Source: Promethearchaeota archaeon
GTDB taxonomy: Archaea > Asgardarchaeota > Lokiarchaeia > Sigyniarchaeales > SOKP01
DNA length: 64,000 nucleotides
Direction: 5' to 3'
NCBI GenBank assembly: GCA_016840085.1
Contig: JAEOTA010000088.1
Location: 1-64,000 of the forward strand
Shown here: piece after piece, positions 49,332 to 60,300 of the stretch
Position numbering within the stretch: position 1 is the stretch's first letter
How the letters are laid out: each line of letters opens with the position of its first letter
Made by a program: the position numbers and the translations under genes
The notes under the pieces: generated by a model
The model's database searches: none
Told to the model about the DNA's origin: nothing
Seen by the model: only the letters and a program-made list of their open reading frames with translations

Positions 49332-50612
49332 ATGAAAAATAATACGTTCCAGCATCCCTCAAAAGATATTGTTGAAAGTAAAGGAACCATTTTAAGAGGT
49401 AAAACAATATGTTTATGTTTAACTGGTTCCGTAGCGGTTATTTCTTCTCCAATTGTAGCTCGAGAACTTATGAGGTTAGGTGCTGAAGTAATTTGTGTTA
49501 TGTCCAAAGCAGCTACTAAGTTAATAAATCCCGCATTAATGGAATGGGCAACAGGAAATAAAGTAATAACTAAATTAACTGGAGCTGTAGAGCATGTTTA
49601 TCTAGCGGGAGAAAGACCTAGAAGTGTTGGAAAGGCTGATTTAATTTTAATATGTCCTGCTACCGCAAATACAATTTCTAAAATTGCATGTGGAATTGAT
49701 GATACCTCTGTTACAACTGTTGTATCAACGGCATTTGGATCGTCTATACCTATAGTTATTATACCTGCAATGCATGAGAGCATGTATAGGCATCCTATTT
49801 TAGAGAACAATGAAACAAAATTACGGGAATGTGGAATCGAAGTCTTAGGACCTAGAATTTCAGAGGGAAAAGCTAAAATTGCTAGAGTTGATGATATAAT
49901 TGATAGAGTTATAGATTTACTAATTTCTGAGAAAGATTTAGAGGGTAAGAAAATTCTTATTACAGCAGGACCCACAAGAGAAGCAATAGATTCTGTTAGA
50001 TTTGTCTCAAATAAGTCATCAGGAAAAATGGGAATAGAATTAGCAAAAGAAGCTTCTGCCAGAGGAGCTGATGTATTGTTAATTGCCGGAGAATGCATGA
50101 CAAAACTTCCAGATTATATAAACATTAAACACGTTGTATCTACTGATGATTTTATAAAAGCTGTTAAAGAGGAAATCTCGTATAAGAATTATGATTTTTT
50201 CATTTCAGCTGCAGCGGTAAGTGATTATAAACCTATTGAATGTATTGAGGGAAAAATATCCTCTGACAATGTAGAGGAATTACATCTTGATATGAAATTA
50301 ACTCCAAAAATAATTAATGTTGCTAGAAAAAAGGATTACAATTTGTTTATTGTTGCATTTAAGGCAGAAACAAATGTTTCTAAAAGTGAGTTAATTGAAC
50401 GGGCGTACAACAGGCTTGTTAAATCTGAAGCAGATTTAATTGTAGCAAATGATATTGGTAGAGAAGATATAGGATTTAGTAGTAAATATAATGAAGTATT
50501 CATTATAGATAAAAAAAGACATATTACTCATGTTGAGAGAAATACAAAAAGATTTATAGCATCTAAAATACTTGATGTAACTTTAGAATCTTTTAAAAAA
50601 AGCAACCTTTAG
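49332..50612 (+). CDS. coaBC: Phosphopantothenoylcysteine decarboxylase/ligase
   Basis: TGSVA, PATANTISK, PAMH..M, TAGPTRE.ID.VRFVSN.SSGKMG, AAVSDY, FKAET. Confidence 0.95.
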   Translation: MKNNTFQHPSKDIVESKGTILRGKTICLCLTGSVAVISSPIVARELMRLGAEVICVMSKAATKLINPALMEWATGNKVITKLTGAVEHVYLAGERPRSVGKADLILICPATANTISKIACGIDDTSVTTVVSTAFGSSIPIVIIPAMHESMYRHPILENNETKLRECGIEVLGPRISEGKAKIARVDDIIDRVIDLLISEKDLEGKKILITAGPTREAIDSVRFVSNKSSGKMGIELAKEASARGADVLLIAGECMTKLPDYINIKHVVSTDDFIKAVKEEISYKNYDFFISAAAVSDYKPIECIEGKISSDNVEELHLDMKLTPKIINVARKKDYNLFIVAFKAETNVSKSELIERAYNRLVKSEADLIVANDIGREDIGFSSKYNEVFIIDKKRHITHVERNTKRFIASKILDVTLESFKKSNL

Positions 50613-50861
50613 AGTTATTATATTATAAAGCCTTACTAATTTCTTTTTCCAAATACTTCTAAAATTTTAAAGGTTAAGATCCTAATCATAATATTTAAAT
50701 AGTAATTTAATTACTGTAAAAAATGAAGAAATTAGTAATAATTATGTTAATAATATTTAAAGATTAAGACAAGAGATCATTGATCTTATCCATAACTATA
50801 ATATAAGAAGATTTTGTAATAAACACGTAAAAATTAATAATTTATTTAAAGAATTAATAAA

Positions 50862-53800
50862 ATTAAACAACAAAAGAGTGCATCTAAAATTACATCTAAA
50901 GAAGAAGGTAAGATAAAACAAGGCACAATCGCAGAATATATGCGAAAGAGAACTCAGCTTGTTGGTTTTGAGTTTGGATACTGGAAACATGTTCAATATT
51001 GCGCAGAATTTATAGACAATGCACTTGATGCTATTGAAAGCTTTCAGTGGAAGGAATTAAATAAATCTGATTCAAAAATAAAATTCTCCTTAGATCAAGA
51101 ATTATTTTTAGAGAAATTCTCTATTGTAGAAGAAGCAAAAGAAGAAAAAAAATCTCAACATTTAGATCCAGAGGCAAAACATACTTTAATGCATGAGTTA
51201 GGTATTGAAACTACTGACGTTGATAGTTCTACAGTTCAAAAATCAGAAGTAAAAGAAGAGGAATCTGGAGAAATTACTGATAAAGAAGAATTAGAAATAG
51301 AAGAGGAAGTAAAACGAATTATTGACGATATGCAAGAACTAATTAAATCAGTTGAATACATCCTTGATGTAGAACCAATTTGTATAGTTCGTATAAGAGA
51401 GTTTGAGGCCCCCTCGTTTCTGACATCTGAATTAAGTCAAAAAAATGTAATGAGTTTTACTTTCGAGATTTTTGATAATGGGACCGGAATGGCTAAGATA
51501 GATTTAAGAAAATTTGGAAGATACCTAGCTTCATCAAAATCCATAGAACTCAAACAAACACGTGGAAGTCAAGGATTTGGTGCTCCTAGCGCATTTAGTG
51601 ATGCTCAAAACACAACTGGTAGACCCATTATCACAGTTTCAAAAATTGCTGATAATGTGTATGCTACGGGAACTGAATTTTTCACAACATCTAAGAATGA
51701 AAAAAAGTATTTAATTCACCCCACTGATATAGACAGCCCTTTTCTTCATGGTACATATATCAAGCTAAATTATCTTAATGTAAAATACGTCAGAGGTTAT
51801 GTTGAAAAATACATTGAAGAAACCGCATTTATGAATCCTCATATAACCATTATTTATATTGATCCAGATGGTAAGGAAAAAATTTATCGAAGATTAGCTT
51901 CTTCTTTTCCAAAAGAACCAAAATACGCCAAACCACATCCTTCATCTGTTAATATTGGAGATTTGCAAGATTTAATAACCAAATCAGAAAATAAATCTAT
52001 TACTGCCTTCTTAAAAGAAAATTTTGTTAGAATTAGTTCCAGAACAGCCAAGGAGATTGTAGAATTGGCCGAAAGGGATCTTCAAGATAAATTAAACCTC
52101 TTAATTCTTGAGCAAGGTTATGTAACTAAAATTCAAAAAAAAGTTGATAATATTTATTTCCTAAGATTTGAAAAAAGAGTATTTGGTCGGTCAAATAAAC
52201 CAAGAGATAAATTAATTATATACGAAATTAAATCTGAAAATTTGAAAGAAGATGTTTGGAATTTAATGGATAATTATAATAAAATTGATAAGAACCAAGA
52301 AAAGATTAATAAAGAGATAAGAAAACATAATATTCGAATTGAAAAATCTGAAACCCTAAAAGAAATAAAAAGTATTGAAAAAGAAATAAAAATGTTATTA
52401 AAAAATATAGATAATATTAAAAAAGAAAAAGAAAAAATAAAACTTCAATTGAACAACCTTTTTGAAACTCAAAAAGATGGATTAATTGAATTAAAAAAGT
52501 TAAAAAATAGAAGTGATTTTGAAGATTTAGTCAATAATGTTCAAATTTCTAAAGCTAAACCTATCGACTTAACAAAAGAACAATTTAACTCTCTTTTTCT
52601 TGCTTTTAAATCTGTGAGATATCTAGCACCACCTACAGACACAGCTATTCCAGTAGGTGATTCTATTTTAGAGAATACTCTAATTAAAGAAATTGGATTG
52701 AAAATTTCGGAGAATTTAGATGATTTTGATTTACCAATAGATAATATAAACCAATCGACTGAAATATTACTAGAAGAAAAAAAAGAAATATTGATAAATG
52801 AAGATCCTAAGACTACTGAAGACACTATAAATAATATATCTGTCGATTCTGATGAAATCATTAATATAAGCTCTGAGATATTAGGAAGTATCGATATTGA
52901 AGAAGATAAAGTAGATGATGAACAATATAAACAATCTATTAATGACATTCTTACTTATTCAGATTTAGAACCTATTGATAGTTATACCAATGTATTTGAA
53001 TATTTTATTGAAAATTATACTAAAGATGATGATTTTGTAGCAGCAGAAACAAGAACTCCAACAAGCGGAAAAGGTTTGGCTTATGTTGTGGAAGCAGTAT
53101 TGGCCTATTCTAGAAATATTGAAATACCAAAACGTTCTAGGGATGTTTTATCAAGATTTGTAAATAGAACACCCAAACTTAGAGATAGTGCGGATTGTGC
53201 TATAACTAAAGCTGTTCAATCAGTAAATTGGAAAAATTATAATTTAGATACATATGATAATGGATTGCCAAAAGGACCAATAAAATTATTAGTAAATGTT
53301 TCTGGTCCTTTTGTACACTTAATGTTTAAATCTCAATCTAAAAATGCTTTAGCTGATGATGAAGATTTAATTAAAGAAATGAAATTTTGCCTTGAAGCAA
53401 TTGGAAGAAGGTTACGAGTTTATCTTAATAGAAAAGCAAGTCTTCGTAAAAGTGAGAAAAGAGCTAGTCTAATCGATCGATATATACCGATTTTCGTTGA
53501 AAGTGTTTATAATATAGCCACTCAGGGAAGTAGTATTTATAAAGCAAAAATAAATACTAAAGAATTAGAAGATTTAATGAGAGGAGCAATTAGTAAAAAA
53601 GCTGCTCCTAAAGTTGTGCAAGAAACCCAGCCTCTTAAACCAATAGGTATTGAGAAAGAGATAAAAAAGGAAGAAATTAAGATAGAAGAACCTAAGAAAA
53701 TTGATGTAATTAGTGAAGTAAAACCGCCACACGAAGAAATACCTATTAAAAAACCTAAACTAAAAATTTCCAAAAAAACTCTTCTGAATTGGACTGTAAA

Positions 53801-54233
53801 GGAACTTAGAGATTATTGTGCTGAACAGAAAATTACTGTTCTTTCTAAAGCTAAAAAAGTTGAAATTATAGAACAAATATTGAAATCATTTGATGAAGAA
53901 AGAGTTATAGAAAAAGTAATTGTCCCTGAGAAAGTAGTAGCAAAAATGCCACAGGTAAAACCTACTGTTGCTCAAGTACCTGTAAAATCAAAACCTAAAC
54001 CTAAAATTTCAAAACCAGAACCAACTCAAACAACATTACCAGTTATAACAACTGATAATATATTAGAAACGTTATCTAATGAATGGCAAACTATCAAACA
54101 TCTAATATTTAAATTAAAAATAAAAGATATGATGGATGCAAGATATCTTCAATTAAAACTCAAAGAATTAGAGCGTAAAGGACAAGTATTGGTTGAAATA
54201 AAAATGGGTAGAAAACATTGGAAGTTAAAATAA
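50862..54233 (+). CDS. top6B: DNA topoisomerase VI subunit B with large insertions
   Basis: EFIDNALDA, DNGTGM, QTRGSQGFG, AKPHP, RFVNRTP; frame opens at 50850 and the IAEY motif lies upstream of the called ATG 50940, so an ATT start is likely. Confidence 0.88.
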   Translation: MKQQKSASKITSKEEGKIKQGTIAEYMRKRTQLVGFEFGYWKHVQYCAEFIDNALDAIESFQWKELNKSDSKIKFSLDQELFLEKFSIVEEAKEEKKSQHLDPEAKHTLMHELGIETTDVDSSTVQKSEVKEEESGEITDKEELEIEEEVKRIIDDMQELIKSVEYILDVEPICIVRIREFEAPSFLTSELSQKNVMSFTFEIFDNGTGMAKIDLRKFGRYLASSKSIELKQTRGSQGFGAPSAFSDAQNTTGRPIITVSKIADNVYATGTEFFTTSKNEKKYLIHPTDIDSPFLHGTYIKLNYLNVKYVRGYVEKYIEETAFMNPHITIIYIDPDGKEKIYRRLASSFPKEPKYAKPHPSSVNIGDLQDLITKSENKSITAFLKENFVRISSRTAKEIVELAERDLQDKLNLLILEQGYVTKIQKKVDNIYFLRFEKRVFGRSNKPRDKLIIYEIKSENLKEDVWNLMDNYNKIDKNQEKINKEIRKHNIRIEKSETLKEIKSIEKEIKMLLKNIDNIKKEKEKIKLQLNNLFETQKDGLIELKKLKNRSDFEDLVNNVQISKAKPIDLTKEQFNSLFLAFKSVRYLAPPTDTAIPVGDSILENTLIKEIGLKISENLDDFDLPIDNINQSTEILLEEKKEILINEDPKTTEDTINNISVDSDEIINISSEILGSIDIEEDKVDDEQYKQSINDILTYSDLEPIDSYTNVFEYFIENYTKDDDFVAAETRTPTSGKGLAYVVEAVLAYSRNIEIPKRSRDVLSRFVNRTPKLRDSADCAITKAVQSVNWKNYNLDTYDNGLPKGPIKLLVNVSGPFVHLMFKSQSKNALADDEDLIKEMKFCLEAIGRRLRVYLNRKASLRKSEKRASLIDRYIPIFVESVYNIATQGSSIYKAKINTKELEDLMRGAISKKAAPKVVQETQPLKPIGIEKEIKKEEIKIEEPKKIDVISEVKPPHEEIPIKKPKLKISKKTLLNWTVKELRDYCAEQKITVLSKAKKVEIIEQILKSFDEERVIEKVIVPEKVVAKMPQVKPTVAQVPVKSKPKPKISKPEPTQTTLPVITTDNILETLSNEWQTIKHLIFKLKIKDMMDARYLQLKLKELERKGQVLVEIKMGRKHWKLK

Positions 54234-54249
54234 AATTGGTGAAGATATT

Positions 54250-55437
54250 ATGGCTAAAAAAGGAAAAAGTAAAGAATGGGATTTAAAAGCTGCTAAAAAG
54301 TTATTTTTTGATTATTTAGAGAAAGGGAATGAAAATAAACCTTTTGAACTCCCTCTTGATACCGTTAAAATAGATGATCTTAAAAGAAAAGAAGCTCTTG
54401 AAAGATTATATTTATTAATTGATGACGTTTTAAAGAAAATCTATGAAACAGGTCGTCCATCAATTAAACTTCCTTCTAGAACGAGTTCAAATATTATTTG
54501 GGATGAAGAAAATGATTTATTACTTCTTGGTCAGCAAATCATGGAAAAACAATTTCATTCACTAACAAGTGTAGCAGATATTACTCGGTTAATGAAAGTT
54601 TTAGAGAAGGTTAATGAGCTATTAATAAAAGATTTACATGCAACCAAAAGAGAGATTTTTTATTCAGATGTTAAATTATTCCAAGATCAAAAAAATAGTG
54701 ATAAAAGCATTGAAGACGTTGCTACTATGCTTTATACAACTAGAAATGCTACTCACATTGTAGCTTCTGCTAAAGGTTCATGTATTGGCAGACTAAGAAT
54801 TAGAGATAAAAATGATATAATTGATTTGGAAGGATTGGGTAGTGGAGGGTGGACAATAAGTCCAATGCTCGATAATATTGAAATAATTGAATCAGATGCA
54901 GAATTCATAATAGTCGTCGAGAAAGATGCGGCTATGATAAGATTATCAGAAGCCCGTTTTTGGCGAGAATTTCCTTGCATTATCTTAACAGCAAAGGGTG
55001 CTGCTGATATAGCAACCAGAATGTTTTTAAGAAAACTAAGCAAAGACTTAAATCTCCCAGTTTTTAGTTTAGTTGATAGTGATCCATATGGACATTATAT
55101 ACATTCAGTCTATTTAAGAGGATCAAAACGTTTAAGTTATGAATCTCCATTTTTAGCTACACCAGATATAAAATTATTAGGCGTTTTAACCAGAGATTTA
55201 GATAAATATAAAATTCCGAATGATTGTAGGCTTTCAATGAATAAAATGGATATTAAAAGGACAAAAGAACTCCTTAAGGAAGATTTCGTTAAAAAAAATA
55301 AACAATGGGAGCAAGATCTCAAATTAGCGCTTGATTTAAAAGTCAAAGCAGAAATTCAAGCGTTATCATCACATGGATTTGAATTCTTAACTGATGAATA
55401 TTTACCAGAAAAACTAACTACAGGAGATTGGATATGA
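54250..55437 (+). CDS. top6A: DNA topoisomerase VI subunit A
   Basis: TKREIFY catalytic Tyr, VEKDA, DSDPYG TOPRIM, KAEIQAL. Confidence 0.95.
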   Translation: MAKKGKSKEWDLKAAKKLFFDYLEKGNENKPFELPLDTVKIDDLKRKEALERLYLLIDDVLKKIYETGRPSIKLPSRTSSNIIWDEENDLLLLGQQIMEKQFHSLTSVADITRLMKVLEKVNELLIKDLHATKREIFYSDVKLFQDQKNSDKSIEDVATMLYTTRNATHIVASAKGSCIGRLRIRDKNDIIDLEGLGSGGWTISPMLDNIEIIESDAEFIIVVEKDAAMIRLSEARFWREFPCIILTAKGAADIATRMFLRKLSKDLNLPVFSLVDSDPYGHYIHSVYLRGSKRLSYESPFLATPDIKLLGVLTRDLDKYKIPNDCRLSMNKMDIKRTKELLKEDFVKKNKQWEQDLKLALDLKVKAEIQALSSHGFEFLTDEYLPEKLTTGDWI

Positions 55438-55952
55438 GAATTTTTCTTAAAAAAGAAGGTGGCGCTGTCCAATTAATTGATAAAGAAAAAATGCAAGAGT
55501 GGCCCGTTGAACTTCCGTTAATATTTATTGAATATATTCGAAATAACCAATTAAAAAACTATGATGATACTAAAGTACGAGCAGAAGTAGAGAAATATCT
55601 TGATGAAATTCTAGAAGATGTTGCAATACCTAGATTGATAAATGTTTTAGAAGGAGATGACATGGAAGAAATTGTTTTAGCACTAACTCGGATTGAAGAA
55701 ATTTCAAAAAAGAAAATTGAAATGGTTAAACCAATTAAACCCTATCTAGAAAAATTATCAGAGATGAAAAATACTACAATTCTTAAGTTAACACAAGAGA
55801 TTTCAAATAATTTTCAGAAAGCAGAGAGAAGAAAAGAGCTAGCAAAAAAAAGGAAAATAATGCGGGAGAAAGAACAATTATTCTTAGAAGGAAAAATTAA
55901 TGGACAAGAATATGCAAATGCTAGAAAGGAATATTTAACATTGAAAGATTAA
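55428..55952 (+). CDS. Hypothetical protein, C-terminal SHOCT-like motif
   Basis: Overlaps top6A stop; LFLEGKINGQEYANARKEYL. Confidence 0.55.
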   Translation: MDMRIFLKKEGGAVQLIDKEKMQEWPVELPLIFIEYIRNNQLKNYDDTKVRAEVEKYLDEILEDVAIPRLINVLEGDDMEEIVLALTRIEEISKKKIEMVKPIKPYLEKLSEMKNTTILKLTQEISNNFQKAERRKELAKKRKIMREKEQLFLEGKINGQEYANARKEYLTLKD

Positions 55953-55963
55953 TTTTAATTCAT

Positions 55964-56644
55964 ATGAAGTGGGAAAAAGAAAAAATAAACTTTAATAATT
56001 TTATTATTGAAAACAATGTAATTGGTTTGTTTAAAGAACCAATAGTATTAAAATCTGGTAGACTATCCTACTGGTATGTTAATTGGAGAAATATAGCTGC
56101 TGATGTTTATTTACTTGATAAATTAACTGATTATCTCCTTTCCTATATTGATTTTTTGAATCTTAAACCTAATTGTTTTTATGGCGTACCAGAGGGAGCA
56201 AGTAAATTAGGAATTATAACTCAATTTAAGTGGGCAAAAAGGCACAAAAATTATAGTGTTGGAGTTTTTACTTTATCAATGGGGAGAGGGCTTCAAAAAG
56301 AACATGGGGACCCAAAAGATAGATTTTTTTTAGGAACCCCAGATGGTAAGGTTATTATTCTGGAAGATACGGTAACAACTGGTGATTCGCTAGTTGGAAC
56401 TATTAAAGAATTGAAGAAAATTGGTATAAACTCTATCGCTGCTATTGTATTGACTGATAGAAACGAGTTACGAGATGATGGCAAGAGCGTAGAAGAAGTT
56501 ATCCTAGAACAAGGAGTTAAATATTATGCGATGAGTAATGCTATAGAATTACTGCCAAATCTTAAACTAGATAAAGAAATTGCGAAAAAAATAGAAGAGT
56601 ACTTTGAAAAATATGGCTCTAAAGAGATTAGACTAACTAATTAA
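55964..56644 (+). CDS. pyrE: Orotate phosphoribosyltransferase
   Basis: LKSGRLS.WYVN, KEHG, ILEDTVTTGDS PRPP motif. Confidence 0.8.
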   Translation: MKWEKEKINFNNFIIENNVIGLFKEPIVLKSGRLSYWYVNWRNIAADVYLLDKLTDYLLSYIDFLNLKPNCFYGVPEGASKLGIITQFKWAKRHKNYSVGVFTLSMGRGLQKEHGDPKDRFFLGTPDGKVIILEDTVTTGDSLVGTIKELKKIGINSIAAIVLTDRNELRDDGKSVEEVILEQGVKYYAMSNAIELLPNLKLDKEIAKKIEEYFEKYGSKEIRLTN

Positions 56645-56668
56645 ATATAAGAGAAACAAACTAATCGA

Positions 56669-57241
56669 TTATTCATTTGTTAAAAAAAAATCTCGCCAGG
56701 TTTTTATTAAATTATAAATATATTTGTAAATTAATTTTTCTGAAATTGTTAATTTTCTCTCATCCTCTAATGATAATTCTGCTTTGGCTAATTTTAATAA
56801 TTTAAGTAATCTACTATCAACAATACTTGCTGTGTATGAAATAAATCTATCAAAATCAATTATAGGTTTTTTTTTGAGTTTTATATCATTTTCCATGAAT
56901 ACTTTAAATTCTTTAATTTTAGTCAAGAAATAATTGTTATCTCTTCTAATTAGTTTCTGATCTTCCTTTTCTCTTATAGCATATCTTTGAACATCAACAT
57001 TGTCACATTTATCGGACTCATCTACTTTTAAAACCTCATTTTCAATAAAAGGAATAGCAGAATACACTTTTACTTTATATTTTTTTCCTTTTTCAAAAGG
57101 ACCAAAAGATTCCCCTAATAATGTAAACCCATTATGACTTTTTATACATTCCGTAGTAATCTTTTCATTTCTAAACATAAAATTAATTCTATTGAGGGAA
57201 GTAGCTAATTGTTCTTCAAGCTTTTCCAACGATTCTCTCAC
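56669..57241 (-). CDS. GINS complex subunit (Gins23/Psf2-like, B-A domain order)
   Basis: N-terminal FGPFEKG..Y.V.VY.A beta domain, then helical DSRL.KLL..A...LT.SEK; near mcm. Confidence 0.65.
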   Translation of the reverse strand: MRESLEKLEEQLATSLNRINFMFRNEKITTECIKSHNGFTLLGESFGPFEKGKKYKVKVYSAIPFIENEVLKVDESDKCDNVDVQRYAIREKEDQKLIRRDNNYFLTKIKEFKVFMENDIKLKKKPIIDFDRFISYTASIVDSRLLKLLKLAKAELSLEDERKLTISEKLIYKYIYNLIKTWRDFFLTNE

Positions 57242-57336
57242 CAGATTTAATAAATTAAAAAATCTTTATATATTATACAGAAGTGTTTCAAGAGAATTAA
57301 ATATAATATTAAATTATTAATATTCTACCAATTTTA

Positions 57337-60300
57337 GTGGTAATTTTGATTGTAGAAATAATCTTACTTATACTATTTATAGTATTTTTTGTATTTGGCT
57401 TTTATATAATTTACAGACAAGTTTCACTAGTTAAAAAAGGGGAATTCAATAATAAAGATCGTTTTCAATGTGTACTTTACGGAATTATTTTTAGTATGGC
57501 AGTTTTGGTTGTAATAACTGTAGGCTTTATATTTACCGTTAAAACACCTGAATTTTGGGAAACAACACCCCCAGAAGTACATCCATTAGCATTAATTATA
57601 CCATTTACCTTCTGTCTGATTTATATTTCACTATACCCAATTATTGATTTTCTTAATATTGCCTTAAGTAAAGAATCAGATGAGGGTTTAACACCATTTC
57701 ATAAATTTATCAGTGAAAAGATAATCAATAGATTTAAGAAAAAATTTATTGCTATCATTTTTGCTATAGTTTTTTATGCTTTAGCGTTTTTTGCAGCCCC
57801 TCTTTTGTTAGCATTACTTGGGTTACCCTTCATAATTGGATGGTTGACTTTTATGCTTATTTACCCCTTATTGATATTAACATACTACGGTTCAAAAGGA
57901 TATATTGCAGGGATTTCAAATGTTTATTATCATATTCCCGATATAAAAAGATCTATTTTTCTTAATTTCGAAGATAATAAAAGAGGAATGAAACAATTCG
58001 CATCTAACCCTGGACCATATATTGTTTTTGGATTAATGTTATTCGTTTTTGTATGGGCTTGGATTTCTTTAATCCAAACAATTGCTTTCTTCTTTACAAG
58101 ATCTTTAGCTATTTCGACAATGTCTTCCATTTTTGTATTTGTAACCCTTTTTTTTGGAATAATGGGATATTTCACCCGTTTTTGGGGAAGAAAAATAAAA
58201 TATCGAGGAATAGATATTTATTTTGCTGCTTATCTTATGGCAGCGATAGGGATTAATGTTTTAGTTAATTTTTTAATAGTTAATCCAAATAAATTATTTT
58301 ATACTTTTAACTTATGGAATTTAACTAATCCAATAGTTCCAAATTATTATATATTAGCCTGGGCAGCAGTTATTGAAGAAATAGTACTAGTTATTTTCAC
58401 ATCTTATTACTTTTTAGCTAAAAATAATGAATTTATAAGAAATATTCGTTATTCAAATATTACAAAAAGCGGTCAAACTTTTGATCCAATCCCCTTATTT
58501 AATTTTATCAAAAATCAAGATCGTGAAATAAGAAAGCATGCAGAAGAAACTCTAATTTTAATGTTTGAAAGAATTCCTCTTAAATCAGAGATAAATCTAA
58601 ATGAATGGAAATTTAAATACTTACTATTTGATGGAATATGTGATTCTGATCCAAATTCAAGAAGAATTTGTTACAAAATTTTGACTCAATTAGAGAAAGA
58701 TGTTCCAGATATTATATTACCCTGGATAATTGAAGCTTTGAAATCTCCAAATTATGACAAAACTATCCCAATTTTAAGATCTTTATTAAAAATAGATATA
58801 AATCTTTTAGAAAAAATACCAAGGGATTTGATTCTTAGTCTTATTGAAGATACCGAATGGAGAACACGAATATTGGGATTGAAAGTATTAACTCGATTAT
58901 TTGATAAAAATAAAGATTTAATTGCACATCTAAATATAAAAAAGTTAATAAATGACCCTAATAGTAAAATTCAAGTAGAAATTCTTAAAATAGTTGCTAA
59001 TTCTTCTTTTATACTTCCTATTGAAATTATAATTGATAAAATTAATCATACAAATAAGGAAATTAGCTCAATAGCTATTAAGAGTTTAACAAATCTTGAA
59101 GCAAAAGAATTTGACCCTAAGTTAATTCCACGGATCGTTCCATTAATGAAAGATCCTTCTAGTTTAATTAGATCATCTATATTTAGTGTATTTGCTAAAA
59201 TTGGAAATTTTAAGAAATATAAAATTCCAATTTTACCCTTTTTAGAAGGATTGACTGATTCTAATGAAAATGTTAGAAATTCTGCAATATTAGCACTCGA
59301 AAAATATCATACAGAACAACCCTCTTCTTTAGATCTGGATTCACTAATAAATAAAATAGTTCCAGATAATTTTGATCAATTGAATAGTATTATAATTTTA
59401 CTTGGTAAACTATGGGAATTCAATCCTGAAAAAATAGTAACAACAATCTTAACTTACATAAAATTCGAGAATGAAAAGTTGCAAGAAGAAATTTCTAAAA
59501 TTTTGATTGAAAACTATCATAAAAACCCTGATTTAATAATTCAAAATTTAATTAAAATCCCTGATGTTTCCAAGTTTATTACAAAAGGTATAATTTCAAG
59601 AACAATAATTAAAATTGGTAAAAGATATCCTAATAAAGTCATTCAAAAATTATTATATTACTTAGAAAATGAAAATGACGACATAAGATTAAATGCAATT
59701 ATATCATTAGAAGGTTTAACTGATGAATTCTCTACGATTATCAGAATTAAACCAATAATCGCATTATTACATAGGGATAAAAATAATCAGATAAAGAAAG
59801 AAACATCAAAGCTTATATCAGAAATAGCTAAAAATGATCCTTCTTTGATGAAACCATTTATCTCCGAGTTTATTCAAGCATTAAATGAACAAGAATTATC
59901 AGTAAGGATCGTTCTCTCTAAATCATTATTGGATATGGCAAAAGTGTCTCCAGAAATTATTCCTGTTCATAATATCATTAACTTTCTTTCAGACTCAGAT
60001 TCTTTCATTCGTGAAACAAACACAAAAATTCTAGGACTTATTGGTTATAAACTTCCATTAGTAGTTGCAGAGGCTTTGATAAATAATGCTTTAATCGATG
60101 AAGAATGGATTGTAAGAGAAGCAGCTATTTCAAGTCTAGGAAATATGATTGATCATGTTGAAAAAAAGGAGCAAATCATTGAGAAACTTGTTCCTTTACT
60201 TAAAGATGAGCAAAATTGGGTTCGTAGAACAGCAATGAATATTTTATCAAACATTAAGGAAGTCAATGAAAATCAAATACCATTTGAAATCATACTACAA

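Noticed and set aside
51040-53040. Inteins in Top6B insertions (and in MCM)
   Set aside because: No C/S start with HN-C/S/T end and no LAGLIDADG motifs; MCM is normal length.
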